Of a stretch of DNA of 64,000 nucleotides, positions 37,184-47,128 are shown one piece after another. Where the stretch lies: the IMG/VR virus record IMGVR_UViG_3300016665_000824, positions 70,297-134,296 of that record. One strand, written 5' to 3'. Every line of letters begins with the position of its first letter. Position 1 is the stretch's first letter. Source of the stretch: a virus. The position numbers were made by a program, and so were the translations under genes. Under the pieces are notes generated by a model that ran no database searches, had not been told where the DNA came from, and was given only the letters and a program-made list of their open reading frames with translations.

Positions 37184-38372
37184 AATTATTTGGAAAGGCG
37201 ATCGCTTTGAATGCAGTAGCCCCGAACTAGAAGGCGCAAAATGGCAAGTCCTAGCTTCTAACCATTTAAAGCTAAGGGATTTCATGGTTTGCTACGATTT
37301 GCGTCTCGACGAGTTTATATGCCACGCTGATCGCAGTATCACAATTCTTAAACTCAAGGAGGATCTGTCTTTTGCGGAGTTTCCGATCGCCGATGAAGGC
37401 GCAGGTTTTAATATTTGCTTTCACTTGGGAGCTTATGCGATCGCGTCAATGAATCTCGGTCAAAAGCTTGAGATCTGCGCGTACTCATTTAAGCCCTTAC
37501 TGCATCCAGTACTGTTTCAAGGTTTGGGTAAATGGTTTCGCGATCGCAGATCTTCTACTATTGATAGGAAATGTCCTTATTTTAGTGGCAGTTACGAGCT
37601 TAAGTGCGCGGTCAATCCTTCGTTGCCTTGTAATGAATGTGCCGAGGCTTCTGCAAGCTTCAGAGAGAATCTATTCGTATGGACTGCCGCCGATTTAGGC
37701 GATCGCATCCCTAGTGGCTTTGATTGGTTTAAAGCCATTGAGGATACCGTTAATCAAGGTCGAGGTTTCGACGAGATGAGACAAGCTTTTTGGGCAGCAC
37801 AAGAATCAATGCGATCGCAGATGGTAGAGATTCCTCGTATGGTCATAGGCGTAGATGAGGGTTCTGGGCAGGATACTACTGCGATCGCAATGGGACTCAC
37901 TACTGAAGATGGAACTATTCTTACTGACGGTCTTGAGATCCGAGCAAATATTTCCGAGGCTGAGGCAAAAATAGAGGTAGCGATTACCAAACTTCAAGTC
38001 GCGGCTCATAAACTTCTCGATCAAAGATTGTTGGATGTATGTCAGCACGGACTAAGCGATCACATTACACCTCTACCGCCCAGACTTGAGGAGGAACGTC
38101 AACGGTATACGGAGGAGAGGAAACGGGCGAGGATCTGGTCTCACTTTGAAGGAGTAGTGGTATATCCTCAGCCCCACAGAATGCCAACGCCTCAAGAACT
38201 TTATGGCTTGTCAACGAATACCGAGGAAGACCTCTCTAGTCGGCTAGGACTATCCCCAGAAGAGATGGCGGAGCATAAGGCTAACGGGACATTGTTTGCT
38301 GAATTGCATAGGCGATGGCTACTAAAAAGAAACAATAGGCTTGATATTCACGATGAAAATATTCAAGGATAA
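37176..38372 (+). CDS. hypothetical protein
   Basis: 398-aa ORF, Cys-containing N-terminal half; no motif recognised. Confidence 0.45.
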   Translation: MNKIIWKGDRFECSSPELEGAKWQVLASNHLKLRDFMVCYDLRLDEFICHADRSITILKLKEDLSFAEFPIADEGAGFNICFHLGAYAIASMNLGQKLEICAYSFKPLLHPVLFQGLGKWFRDRRSSTIDRKCPYFSGSYELKCAVNPSLPCNECAEASASFRENLFVWTAADLGDRIPSGFDWFKAIEDTVNQGRGFDEMRQAFWAAQESMRSQMVEIPRMVIGVDEGSGQDTTAIAMGLTTEDGTILTDGLEIRANISEAEAKIEVAITKLQVAAHKLLDQRLLDVCQHGLSDHITPLPPRLEEERQRYTEERKRARIWSHFEGVVVYPQPHRMPTPQELYGLSTNTEEDLSSRLGLSPEEMAEHKANGTLFAELHRRWLLKRNNRLDIHDENIQG

Positions 38373-38501
38373 AGAAACCTTTGGTGAACCTACGTGGATT
38401 TGTTTCCACGACTGTTACATGTACACAGATGCGACATTCTGGGGCTTGATCGCTCAGATGCTGCGTGAGTGGAATGACGGCAAAAATCTTATAGGGTAGA
38501 T

Positions 38502-38864
38502 ATGGGTACTTGGACTGCATTTGTATTTAACGCGGTAATCAAAGATGATTCTGCCGCTAGTAGTTGGTTCTTGATTGAGCTTGATAATAAATTAGAGCAA
38601 TTTCGCGATCGCCGAAGCTGTTACTTTCCTGCGGTAAAGCATTACGCCGTATTTAAGCAAGAGCCTACCGAGTGCTACGAAGTTGAGAATACTGTGTCGA
38701 TTTGCTGTTCGACTAAAAACTATCACAACAAAATTGAAGGCTTCTTGGATTGGATTAATCCCCATCTTGCGGAATGGCAAAAGCCGACTCAGTGTCTTGG
38801 CTATAAGCAGGTTATGGAGAACGAAAATCCGCCAGAGTTTATTTTTCGGAGGGTCTATGACTAG
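38502..38864 (+). CDS. hypothetical protein
   Basis: 120-aa ORF. Confidence 0.4.
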   Translation: MGTWTAFVFNAVIKDDSAASSWFLIELDNKLEQFRDRRSCYFPAVKHYAVFKQEPTECYEVENTVSICCSTKNYHNKIEGFLDWINPHLAEWQKPTQCLGYKQVMENENPPEFIFRRVYD

Positions 38865-39090
38865 AGAAGATGCTGAAGAATGCTTAGCTAAAAATCTAAA
38901 GGTTGTAACGCGCTATGGGCTAGGCGAAATTATTTCGATCGCCAAGAAAAGCGACCCAGTACAATGGGCAGAGATAAAACAACTTGACCGCGATCGCCAG
39001 TTTGAAGTACCCAGATGTCTATACCTATCGAGCATCAGCAGATATACTGCTGTTTTGGTTGAGCAAAGTGAAGTAGAAAGTATTTTTTAA
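38857..39090 (+). CDS. hypothetical protein
   Basis: ORF 38683..39090; start at ATG 38857 overlapping previous stop; last plus-strand gene before packaging block. Confidence 0.35.
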   Translation: MTREDAEECLAKNLKVVTRYGLGEIISIAKKSDPVQWAEIKQLDRDRQFEVPRCLYLSSISRYTAVLVEQSEVESIF

Positions 39091-40715
39091 TATCCCGATC
39101 GCCACACGATATCCATCAGAGTTTCCCTACCAGCGAAAGCAATAACACAAGCGTCACTACAATTAGGCGATCGCCCCAATCTACGAATAGTTTTAGAAGC
39201 CTTATCCTCAATGCGTAACTTCGCGTTGGGGGTTTCTTCGTAGTAGACGTTACTAAAGTCCGTCATCAGATATTCTTCCTCCTCTAGTGGTGCGATCGCC
39301 GATATATCGTCATTGCCATCGGCAGCAGCAAAGAATTCACGCAGTTTCCAATACCATTGAGCCTTCCAGTTCATATATAGCTGATCGAAGTCTTGGTTGG
39401 CATCTTCTTCTACCGCATCACCAAAGTTAGCTGCCCATACTTGCGCTCCCCATCCGCGATCGAGCAAGTAAGCTAATGTACCCGAACCAACACCCGTGGC
39501 ATCTATACCCACTTTACAGTTAGGATAGACGCGCAGATATTCTTCCTCAATGATTTGGGCAATACGAATAACGTCTTTGCGATCGCCTACACAGGGGATA
39601 ACCCTCGCGATCTTAAGCACATTACCTTGAAACCCACAAATAGCATGGTCATCACTCATGGAGCCGACATCTACACCAAAACTCCAAGGTGTATTGACAT
39701 TGATAATTGTTTCCCACAGATCGGGATTGAGATCGTATCTTGCCCGTGCCGCAACAAAGTAGCTCTTGGGAAGTATAGACGCGCCACCCGATTCCGAGAA
39801 CAAGCCCTCAATACGAGTCAGCCAGAAAGGTGAGTTTTCACCCTTCTTGATACGCATCCTTTCAATCCATGCGATCGAGATAGCACCCTTGATTACATCT
39901 CTGGGTAAGTCAGCATCCCATTCGGATTGAGGTTTGATTGGCTCGTCGCGAGAGTTGGGGTCATTAGGCGATCGCTTAATCTTTGCCTCGACCTCTGGTT
40001 TAAGTCGGTGCATCCCATCAAGATGCAGGTCGTAAGCCCATTCAACATTTGGGTGCTGCCATGCACTGCATCTGATATGGCTGAGGTTGCAAGCAGTATA
40101 GAAAGGGGAGTCACATCTGGTTGGGTTGCCAATACGAAGAATCTTATTTTGTTCCCCTGTAAGACAGCTTTCTAGGGAGGTATCTACGGCAGGACTGATA
40201 CCACAGGCTTCATCTTCAATAATAAGCATTCGTTCTGAGTGGATACCCTGCGCTGCCGAATCATTATGGTCACTACTGGAAAAGCCGTATGCCTCAACCC
40301 CTTCTTCGAGGAATACCCGCAGCTCATTTCTCTTGCCGCCGAGCTTCTTCTTGTGTTTGTCGTATAGACGACGGACAACGCCCCAAAGCAACTTAGTAAC
40401 CTGTCGGTGAGTTGGTGCGGTAGAGATAACAAGCGATCGCACAGCAAATACCGCCCAGAGGACTAACCACCCACTCAAGTATGTCTTGCCTAAACCGTGG
40501 CAGGCGGCAACATTGGTAACACGCTTGTTCTTGACCGATTCAAGAATGGTGATCTGTTGTCCCGTGATAACAATATCGGGTTCAAGGTATCGAATAAATC
40601 CTTCGGGGTCGTCGGCAAATCGGGTTAAGTCTTCACCGATCGCCACATCCCCCTCATTACCTGATACCAGCTTAATCTGCGTATTACAGCTCGTCTTCAG
40701 TCTCGCAAAGCCCAC
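39087..40715 (-). CDS. terminase large subunit
   Basis: Walker A ACHGLGKT, Walker B LIIEDEA, C-terminal RNase-H-like nuclease segment (FGVDVGSMSDD ... VGIDATGVGSG). Confidence 0.7.
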   Translation of the reverse strand: MGFARLKTSCNTQIKLVSGNEGDVAIGEDLTRFADDPEGFIRYLEPDIVITGQQITILESVKNKRVTNVAACHGLGKTYLSGWLVLWAVFAVRSLVISTAPTHRQVTKLLWGVVRRLYDKHKKKLGGKRNELRVFLEEGVEAYGFSSSDHNDSAAQGIHSERMLIIEDEACGISPAVDTSLESCLTGEQNKILRIGNPTRCDSPFYTACNLSHIRCSAWQHPNVEWAYDLHLDGMHRLKPEVEAKIKRSPNDPNSRDEPIKPQSEWDADLPRDVIKGAISIAWIERMRIKKGENSPFWLTRIEGLFSESGGASILPKSYFVAARARYDLNPDLWETIINVNTPWSFGVDVGSMSDDHAICGFQGNVLKIARVIPCVGDRKDVIRIAQIIEEEYLRVYPNCKVGIDATGVGSGTLAYLLDRGWGAQVWAANFGDAVEEDANQDFDQLYMNWKAQWYWKLREFFAAADGNDDISAIAPLEEEEYLMTDFSNVYYEETPNAKLRIEDKASKTIRRLGRSPNCSDACVIAFAGRETLMDIVWRSGY

Positions 40716-41271
40716 CGCTTAGTACCTCCCTGATAGTTGTTTGCGCTTGATCGGCGATCGCCATAATCGTCTCGGCTTTGGACTGCGGTAGTATTCCCTC
40801 GTTAGCCATTTGCGTCGCTAGTACATCGATTGTTGTCCGAGGTATCGCTGGCATAATCATCTCGATAATCTTGGGAGGGCAGCGCAGGATAACCTCGTTA
40901 GTAGTCTCTACCTCGTCAATGCAATCTAAGACTAATTCATCGGGCTTTTTCTTGTTTGGGACATACCGAGTCCTTTTAGTTCGAGAGGTGGTAGTCCTTG
41001 GAGACTTGTGGCAGGTTAAATAGTCTTCTACGCAAGCCTTAGCTAAGTTAATAAAGTAATCGGGCTGCGATCGCCTGTAGGCTAGTAGCGCGTCGTCAAT
41101 TTCTTCGCTCAGAGTTGGACACTCCTGTCTCAATCTGAGATACGTGTCTTTCGATAGAATACGAGGATCGTTTTTATAAATGGATTCGACCTCACCAGTT
41201 ATCCTGATGCGGTCTTTTATCTCCTTTATTAATGCGGGAGTTACCTGCTTGATTACGCCTTTCTTAGCCAT
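40684..41271 (-). CDS. candidate terminase small subunit
   Basis: 195-aa basic protein directly upstream of and overlapping the TerL gene; assignment by position only. Confidence 0.35.
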   Translation of the reverse strand: MAKKGVIKQVTPALIKEIKDRIRITGEVESIYKNDPRILSKDTYLRLRQECPTLSEEIDDALLAYRRSQPDYFINLAKACVEDYLTCHKSPRTTTSRTKRTRYVPNKKKPDELVLDCIDEVETTNEVILRCPPKIIEMIMPAIPRTTIDVLATQMANEGILPQSKAETIMAIADQAQTTIREVLSGGLCETEDEL

Positions 41272-41302
41272 TCATCGACGAAAGCATGTCCTAACGCAGA
41301 TT

Positions 41303-41551
41303 CTAGCCGATTTTGTGGTAATAGCGATCGCATTCTGCTAATTCTGACTCAATATACTTAAGATCGGACTCAAGATGAGGGGACAGAGGATTTAGATGGG
41401 CGTATCTCATCTCGGCGGAATATCTTCTATAGAGGATCTTAAGCTCTTCCTTTGTTGGCTCAGGTAGCGATCGCCTAGCTCTGTCCTTGATCATTACATC
41501 GGAATACTGTTCAAAAGCCAATTTATTCATTACTGATTCTGCTGATCGCAT
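41303..41551 (-). CDS. hypothetical protein
   Basis: 82-aa ORF. Confidence 0.35.
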   Translation of the reverse strand: MRSAESVMNKLAFEQYSDVMIKDRARRSLPEPTKEELKILYRRYSAEMRYAHLNPLSPHLESDLKYIESELAECDRYYHKIG

Positions 41552-41829
41552 AACACCACATTGTCAAAAGAAAATGGGACTAACTCCCCGTTGTCGAAGC
41601 GAATCCACACCCTCTCACAAGCGATCGCCACTGTCTCTACGGTTGCCTCAAGCCCATACTTGCCATTGCCAGGGTATAGGCATACTACGCGATCGCCTTC
41701 TTCGGGAGTATATCTTCCGAGGCGTTTTAGAACTGTCTTTAGCTTGTGTATCATATTTTGCTTATTACTAACGGCAAGCCTGTTAGGAGATCGCATATTA
41801 ACGACAAACTTCAAGCTATAGACTTTCAA
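41530..41829 (-). CDS. hypothetical protein
   Basis: 99-aa ORF. Confidence 0.35.
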   Translation of the reverse strand: MKVYSLKFVVNMRSPNRLAVSNKQNMIHKLKTVLKRLGRYTPEEGDRVVCLYPGNGKYGLEATVETVAIACERVWIRFDNGELVPFSFDNVVLCDQQNQ

Positions 41830-42169
41830 AAGTTACAGCTTGATTAGCAAACATCCTGATCTGCTGAATCAACATCATTTTGTTTTCAGGGTTCGATTCT
41901 GCTTTGAGTTGATCATGCAGATTTAAAATCCACTCAGTAACCTTGACTGTGGATTCTTTTGCGGGGCTATCAAACAACCCTATGATTTGTGCGATCGCCT
42001 CCTTAGAGATTTCGTCCCACCCCATAGAGTCAATACTGCTAGCCAAAACAAAACTCAGCCTATTAACCGCTTCGTGTTTAGCTTTTCTATCCTCGGTTGT
42101 GGGCGGATGATATTTAAACCAATCACTCAACGGGATACCTAGATATAGTGCTTCCATAATTCTCCTCAA
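41816..42169 (-). CDS. hypothetical protein
   Basis: 117-aa ORF; first gene after the 0.65-kb ORF-free region. Confidence 0.4.
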   Translation of the reverse strand: MRRIMEALYLGIPLSDWFKYHPPTTEDRKAKHEAVNRLSFVLASSIDSMGWDEISKEAIAQIIGLFDSPAKESTVKVTEWILNLHDQLKAESNPENKMMLIQQIRMFANQAVTFESL

Positions 42170-42186
42170 ATGCTTTATAAAGGTAG

Positions 42187-42287
42187 GTTAAAACCCATCA
42201 GTTAAACCTTCAAGCACTGCCTTCAACAATATACGCGGCGCGTGTATCTCTGGCTTAGCTCTATTGATTTAACTGATGGGTTTTGCA
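42187..42287. repeat. 17-bp perfect inverted repeat (AAAACCCATCAGTTAAA) with ~60-nt spacer in leader of minus-strand operon
   Basis: gttaaaacccatcagttaaacc at 42187-42208 and gatttaactgatgggttttgc at 42267-42287. Confidence 0.6.
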
Positions 42288-42826
42288 GAGAGTGGATTTT
42301 GCCTTTTTAGGAGCGCCAAGTAATTAGTTTTGGAAGAACAATTACTAACAAACTTTTATGCGATCGCACAACATGGCTTTTTCCTGATTCCTACATAGGC
42401 TTTTACCCTGTAATGCCATGAATTTATAGGTTCAGCGATCGCATGGTAGACAGATTACTCTGTCCGCACTTTCTCTGGACAAGAAAGTAGTGGGATAATC
42501 AACCGCCAGCACCATATCTGGCATTCGTCACCACGAGGGCTTAAGGTGTGTGTTGCCACAGTTGATTGTTTGCTAGCGTACTGGAAAGGCGATCACTATT
42601 GCCTCATGACCACCTAAAACTCGCTCATATATTAAGGTTAGGCTTCGAGCAAGGCTTAATCTCAGGTCTAGCACCCCCTGTTCGACACCTTACTGCCGCA
42701 GGGACGGTGCGATCGCCTACCAACTAGGGAAATTTATTCAATAACCACACGGAGAGACCCCGACGTTCATTGATAGTGCGATCGCAACATAATTCTAACA
42801 CAGTCTTGTGGTGGTTCAGATCGGAA

Positions 42827-43309
42827 TTAGTTGGCTGCTCGACCACCACATCTAGTACCATCTGCGGCAGTCTGCCATGAGTATTGACAGTTTCCAGAGT
42901 ATCCAGAAGTGTTTGAGGGTGGATTGTCTAGCAAATAAACAGGCTTTTGCTGACAAGTTAAAGAAGCACTATCAAAGGTTGAATCCGTCGGGCAGGGGGC
43001 AGTACAAAGAGTCCCATCCCCACGTCTGTCGATAGTTCCTTTTGGGCAAGCACTACCAACCAGAAACCCTTGACTTGGAGAAGTTTTTTGTGATGAGGTT
43101 GGGATGCTTCTTGATTCGCTAGTCGTATTGATAGAAGTCCCATTGTTGCCCGTACATAGATGGTCCAGATTTACCAGAACCCCTCGGCTGTTGACCATAT
43201 AACACAAGGGCAAGTTGCTGGGTAGCCCCTCAAAAGGATCTTTAGCGATCGCTAGTTGAGGCAAGGCAAAAATAGTAACAAGAGACAACAAGACACCGAT
43301 CTTTTTCAA
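42827..43309 (-). CDS. secreted Cys-rich protein
   Basis: N-terminal signal-peptide-like segment (MKKIGVLLSLVTIFALPQLAIA), many Cys; a 42-nt inverted repeat (gtggtggt / accaccac) spans its stop codon. Confidence 0.45.
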   Translation of the reverse strand: MKKIGVLLSLVTIFALPQLAIAKDPFEGLPSNLPLCYMVNSRGVLVNLDHLCTGNNGTSINTTSESRSIPTSSQKTSPSQGFLVGSACPKGTIDRRGDGTLCTAPCPTDSTFDSASLTCQQKPVYLLDNPPSNTSGYSGNCQYSWQTAADGTRCGGRAAN

Positions 43310-43375
43310 GATTTCTTCCTCTTTTTAGAATATATAAATGATTATTTCACTAAAGCCCGATCATTGGGTAGGCAT

Positions 43376-44035
43376 CTAGCCTCCGTAATAGTCAGCACAT
43401 AAATACTCAAGCGATCGCCCTATTTTAACCGAGTAATTCTCACCCTCGATACTAGCTTCCTGCATCACCTTTTCTAAAGCCGCTCTCACGATCTCCACAG
43501 CGTCCGTAGGAACACTAAAGATCATTCGAGTGAATTCATCACTGGCTTCGGGAGGAGCTTTCTCCTTGGCGGCTTCGAGCATCTTGGCGAGACTTTCCTT
43601 TGTGTGAGGTGTGGGGAGATAAGCGCGATCGCCTAATTTCTTTTCAACCCTTTTGAGGGAAACACTTAGCTTAACTGGATCTTCTTCGCCGTGAGCCTTG
43701 GATGCGGAGGTGTATAACTCGTATTCTTCATCCTGTAAGCCCGTAATGACATTGCAATAGTAGTATTCCAGCCCCTCTAAGTATCTATGTTCGCCATTTA
43801 CAATCTCGTACTCACCCTCAATATGCGGATGGGGGCGAACAACAAGCGGCTCAATTTGGGTAAACATCTTTAAGCTCTCCCCCAAAGCCTTTTGGTGGTG
43901 AGGCTGCAAAACGTTTGAGTTCCAAGAGTTCGGATGTATCTTTGAGGTCTCAATCTTTACATTCCACTCTTTCTGGATTCGTTGCGCGATCGGTAGCGAA
44001 TAATCAATCTTCTTCGTCATCTTCATCCTCTTCAA
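43376..44035 (-). CDS. ParB-like nuclease-domain protein
   Basis: N-terminal segment (IHPNSW ... QIEPLVVRP ... YEIVNGEHRY) resembles the ParB N-terminal domain. Confidence 0.4.
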   Translation of the reverse strand: MKRMKMTKKIDYSLPIAQRIQKEWNVKIETSKIHPNSWNSNVLQPHHQKALGESLKMFTQIEPLVVRPHPHIEGEYEIVNGEHRYLEGLEYYYCNVITGLQDEEYELYTSASKAHGEEDPVKLSVSLKRVEKKLGDRAYLPTPHTKESLAKMLEAAKEKAPPEASDEFTRMIFSVPTDAVEIVRAALEKVMQEASIEGENYSVKIGRSLEYLCADYYGG

Positions 44036-45185
44036 ATTTCTTGGGCATAATTACCGATGTCAGGAATGATTCCTGCTCTACTCCGTCGCAAGGGCTAACC
44101 ATTACTAGCGGTCGAGTTCCCTCGTATACCTCCAGCTTAATGTGTTTTGATTTTGTGGTATCCAAAATATGCTGCAAGTATTTTATGTTGAACCGAGCAG
44201 CAAATCCTGACACGCCAACATCGCATGGCAGTGATTCTTCCACCCTGCCAACACCCGCAACTTCAGCAACAAGTATCAACTCATCACCCTTGATAGTGAT
44301 GTCAACCAAGTAGCTAGTAATCTCACCCTCACACAACGAAGCAACGGTCTTCAAGCTGGTAATCAGCTCTTTGCGATCGCACTTTACCGACCCAGACATC
44401 TCTTTGAGCCGTACGTTAACGAGACTCGATCGTACTGGTGGAAATGGTTGAGCAATTAGTGGTGAGATGATGGTTAGCGCGTGGCTATAAAACCAAATAT
44501 GGTTACTGGCTAAACGCACTTCAGTCTCTGCTTGGGTGATGTGCAGAACCTCTTTGAGCGATCGCGCAGGTATTGTCGCATTAATCAGCTTTTCACTCAA
44601 TTCGGGGTGGACAAATCTGATACAAGATCCTCGACAGCCATCGGTTGCTGTGAAGGATAGGAATCTCGTCGGGTCATCTTCACCATCAATGATTTCGTCG
44701 TACTCCGCTAGGTTCACACCCGTAAGTGCAGGCTTAGTTTCGTCGTTAGATACGAGCTTTAAGGTAGCCACAATGCCGTCCCGCAGTATATCTGTGGCGA
44801 TCGCAAAGGTGTCAGCATCAGTAATCTTGGGGGTGCTTGGGTATGAGTCGGCGCTGATAGTTGGTAGTGAGATTTTACTCTTACCACACTTAATAGTGGC
44901 AATACCTTCGGATACCTTGATTAAAACCTCTTCACCGTTGAGGGACTTTACCGCGTCGGAGAATCGCTTGGCATTGAGCGCGATCGCGCCCTCTTCTTTG
45001 ATACTATCGGAATCCTCTCTGCGGATTAGCCAAAGCTTTAGGTCGGTAGCTGTGATGGTGAAGAGATCGTTCTTCGCTTCGAGTCGAAAGTTTGTTAAGA
45101 TTTCCTGCGGTGGAGACTTAGAAACAGCTTCCTTTACTGCGTCCACCATCGATTTCAACGTTTTGAGAGGGAGTGTTAGTTGCAT
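44004..45185 (-). CDS. dnaN: DNA polymerase III beta sliding clamp
   Basis: 393 aa; N-terminus (LKTLKSMVDAV ... FTITATDLKLWL) matches DnaN pattern and length. Confidence 0.75.
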   Translation of the reverse strand: MQLTLPLKTLKSMVDAVKEAVSKSPPQEILTNFRLEAKNDLFTITATDLKLWLIRREDSDSIKEEGAIALNAKRFSDAVKSLNGEEVLIKVSEGIATIKCGKSKISLPTISADSYPSTPKITDADTFAIATDILRDGIVATLKLVSNDETKPALTGVNLAEYDEIIDGEDDPTRFLSFTATDGCRGSCIRFVHPELSEKLINATIPARSLKEVLHITQAETEVRLASNHIWFYSHALTIISPLIAQPFPPVRSSLVNVRLKEMSGSVKCDRKELITSLKTVASLCEGEITSYLVDITIKGDELILVAEVAGVGRVEESLPCDVGVSGFAARFNIKYLQHILDTTKSKHIKLEVYEGTRPLVMVSPCDGVEQESFLTSVIMPKKFEEDEDDEED

Positions 45186-45210
45186 TTAGTATTATTACCA
45201 CAAGATTGCG

Positions 45211-45444
45211 TTACAAAAAGTTATCAATAACATTCTTCGCTCTGGCGATCGCCGCTCCAGAAGTTGTTTCTCCGCAGTCATGGGTATTGTCGCTGAGAAC
45301 CCCCTTAAAGGCGCGATCACATACAAACCAGAAGTAGTGCGGAGGGTATTGAGGTGAAGCCTGCTCCGTAATAACAATGCCTTTCTTTTTGTATTTTTCG
45401 ACGGCAACAACGTGGACGGATTTAAACAGGTCTGGCGGTTTCAT
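45211..45444 (-). CDS. hypothetical protein
   Basis: 77-aa ORF. Confidence 0.3.
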   Translation of the reverse strand: MKPPDLFKSVHVVAVEKYKKKGIVITEQASPQYPPHYFWFVCDRAFKGVLSDNTHDCGETTSGAAIARAKNVIDNFL

Positions 45445-45479
45445 TTTCTGCTCCTAAACTCTTTGGATGATTGTTATCG

Positions 45480-45983
45480 CTATTCAAAAACCGAGTGGCA
45501 AACGAGACATACATAAGCAGCGATCGCGTAGACATACTTATACTCCGATGGGAGGAATGTCGGTTGCAATAGGGCATATCCAAAGACTCCTGTGAAAACA
45601 AAGGCGATCGCTGCCACCATCTTTTTACCGATCAGTTTTGCCCATAGGTTGGCAAGACCTAAAACCAGCAACCAGAAAAGTAGTGACGGACGGAGCAACA
45701 GCCAGTTAACGAAGAATCTAACCGCATGGATGTCATGCCTGCGATGGAATAATCTAGAAACAGGGTGGACTATGCCGTGGTGAACGAAGTTACTTAAGGG
45801 TATGCAGTCTCGAAGTAGTAACTCGCGAGAAAGATTAGCGTAGGTCATGTGATGGGTCTGATTAGATTTTAGGAACGGGAATACAGCACACCTGTCGAAC
45901 ATAATGCTACGAAATTTTCGAGACTTCTGCTGCCAATCTTTTGAATGAATGTAGGCTTGATAATCTACTCTTACTTTTGTCAT
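45480..45983 (-). CDS. integral membrane protein with His-box-like motifs
   Basis: Hydrophobic C-terminal half; HHGIVH and HRRHDIH motifs; last gene of coupled operon. Confidence 0.4.
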   Translation of the reverse strand: MTKVRVDYQAYIHSKDWQQKSRKFRSIMFDRCAVFPFLKSNQTHHMTYANLSRELLLRDCIPLSNFVHHGIVHPVSRLFHRRHDIHAVRFFVNWLLLRPSLLFWLLVLGLANLWAKLIGKKMVAAIAFVFTGVFGYALLQPTFLPSEYKYVYAIAAYVCLVCHSVFE

Positions 45984-47128
45984 TGTTTTTTGAATCTCTT
46001 ATAAACAGTTTCTGTATACTCAGCAATACTGGGGTAGGAGTTTCCACCATAGGTTTGGGGACGAGTGTTGTTAAATAGAGCTGGATCTCCCGAATACCAA
46101 ATCGAAGCAGCCTTCCGAATTTGTTCTTCTTCGGATTTCGATGTTGGGGCGACCTGTTTTAGAGCTTCCTCTAACTTGCAGTCAATGATCTTGACCTGCT
46201 TAGTCTTGTCTTTAAGGAATTCCTGTTCGGTTAATGGAGAGCCGAGGCATTGAGTACTCCACGACTTGATGTTTTCAGGCATTATCTGCCCATAACCCAA
46301 TGCGCCGCTATCTGCATTGATAGCTTTATGGTCGTGGTTTGATTCTTGACCAGCGATCGCATTACGAAGTCTCTCAACGACAGGTTTGGCTGGAGCCTTG
46401 GTCGGCTCTGTCCCCTGCAATAACCACGAGACAATACCTCTTGGAGGATTAATCAACTCGCCCTTGAACTTAACTCCGACGTGCAGGTGTGGACCGCTAG
46501 ATGCTCCCGAATTTCCAGATTTGGCAATCATCGATCCGACGGGATGCCTACCTGAATAGCACTCGTTTAAGTGGAATAACTGGATTTCATATTCGGGTAG
46601 CAGAGGGCTGGTTACATAAGCTGCCACCCCTTCTGGCGGATTGAATGGGCTGAACGGGCAGGCAACATCTACAAAACCGTCATGAAATGCACTTTTAGAG
46701 CCTAATTTCCCGATCGCGTAAACAGGAGTTCCAACTGGAGTTGCGATGTCAACGCCTTTGTGGTCTTCGCTACATGATGGGCATGGTTTTTCTCTCTTAC
46801 CAAAGCCAGAAGTGACTTCATAGCCAAGTATTTTGTCCCCAACTTTAAGTGGCTCGTTAAAGTCCTCATCGGGCTTGAAGTTAACTTCAAGAGATGTCTT
46901 TGCGACTGTTGGTAGTCCCAGAAACCTGTAAGCCCACTTAACCGAATCGTTTGCTGGCTTGTAGAGGATCGCGATCGCAATTAACGCGATCGCGAATAAT
47001 TTACCGTTTCTCCAGCGAGTCTCCTTTGCTTCGAGCTTCTCGTGGTAAACGATCTGAAACTCTTTGCTGGTTTCCTCCAGTTTCGGTTTTGGTGGTAGAA
47101 GGGGTCTCTTCTGGTGGCTTAAAACCAT
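45980..47128 (-). CDS. membrane-anchored bifunctional peptidoglycan hydrolase (M23 peptidase + lytic transglycosylase)
   Basis: N-terminal TM segment (LFAIALIAIAILY); M23 motifs HKGVDIATPVGTPVYA and SGPHLHVGV; SLT-like segment GQESNHD ... GALGYGQIMPEN. Confidence 0.7.
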   Translation of the reverse strand: MVLSHQKRPLLPPKPKLEETSKEFQIVYHEKLEAKETRWRNGKLFAIALIAIAILYKPANDSVKWAYRFLGLPTVAKTSLEVNFKPDEDFNEPLKVGDKILGYEVTSGFGKREKPCPSCSEDHKGVDIATPVGTPVYAIGKLGSKSAFHDGFVDVACPFSPFNPPEGVAAYVTSPLLPEYEIQLFHLNECYSGRHPVGSMIAKSGNSGASSGPHLHVGVKFKGELINPPRGIVSWLLQGTEPTKAPAKPVVERLRNAIAGQESNHDHKAINADSGALGYGQIMPENIKSWSTQCLGSPLTEQEFLKDKTKQVKIIDCKLEEALKQVAPTSKSEEEQIRKAASIWYSGDPALFNNTRPQTYGGNSYPSIAEYTETVYKRFKKQ

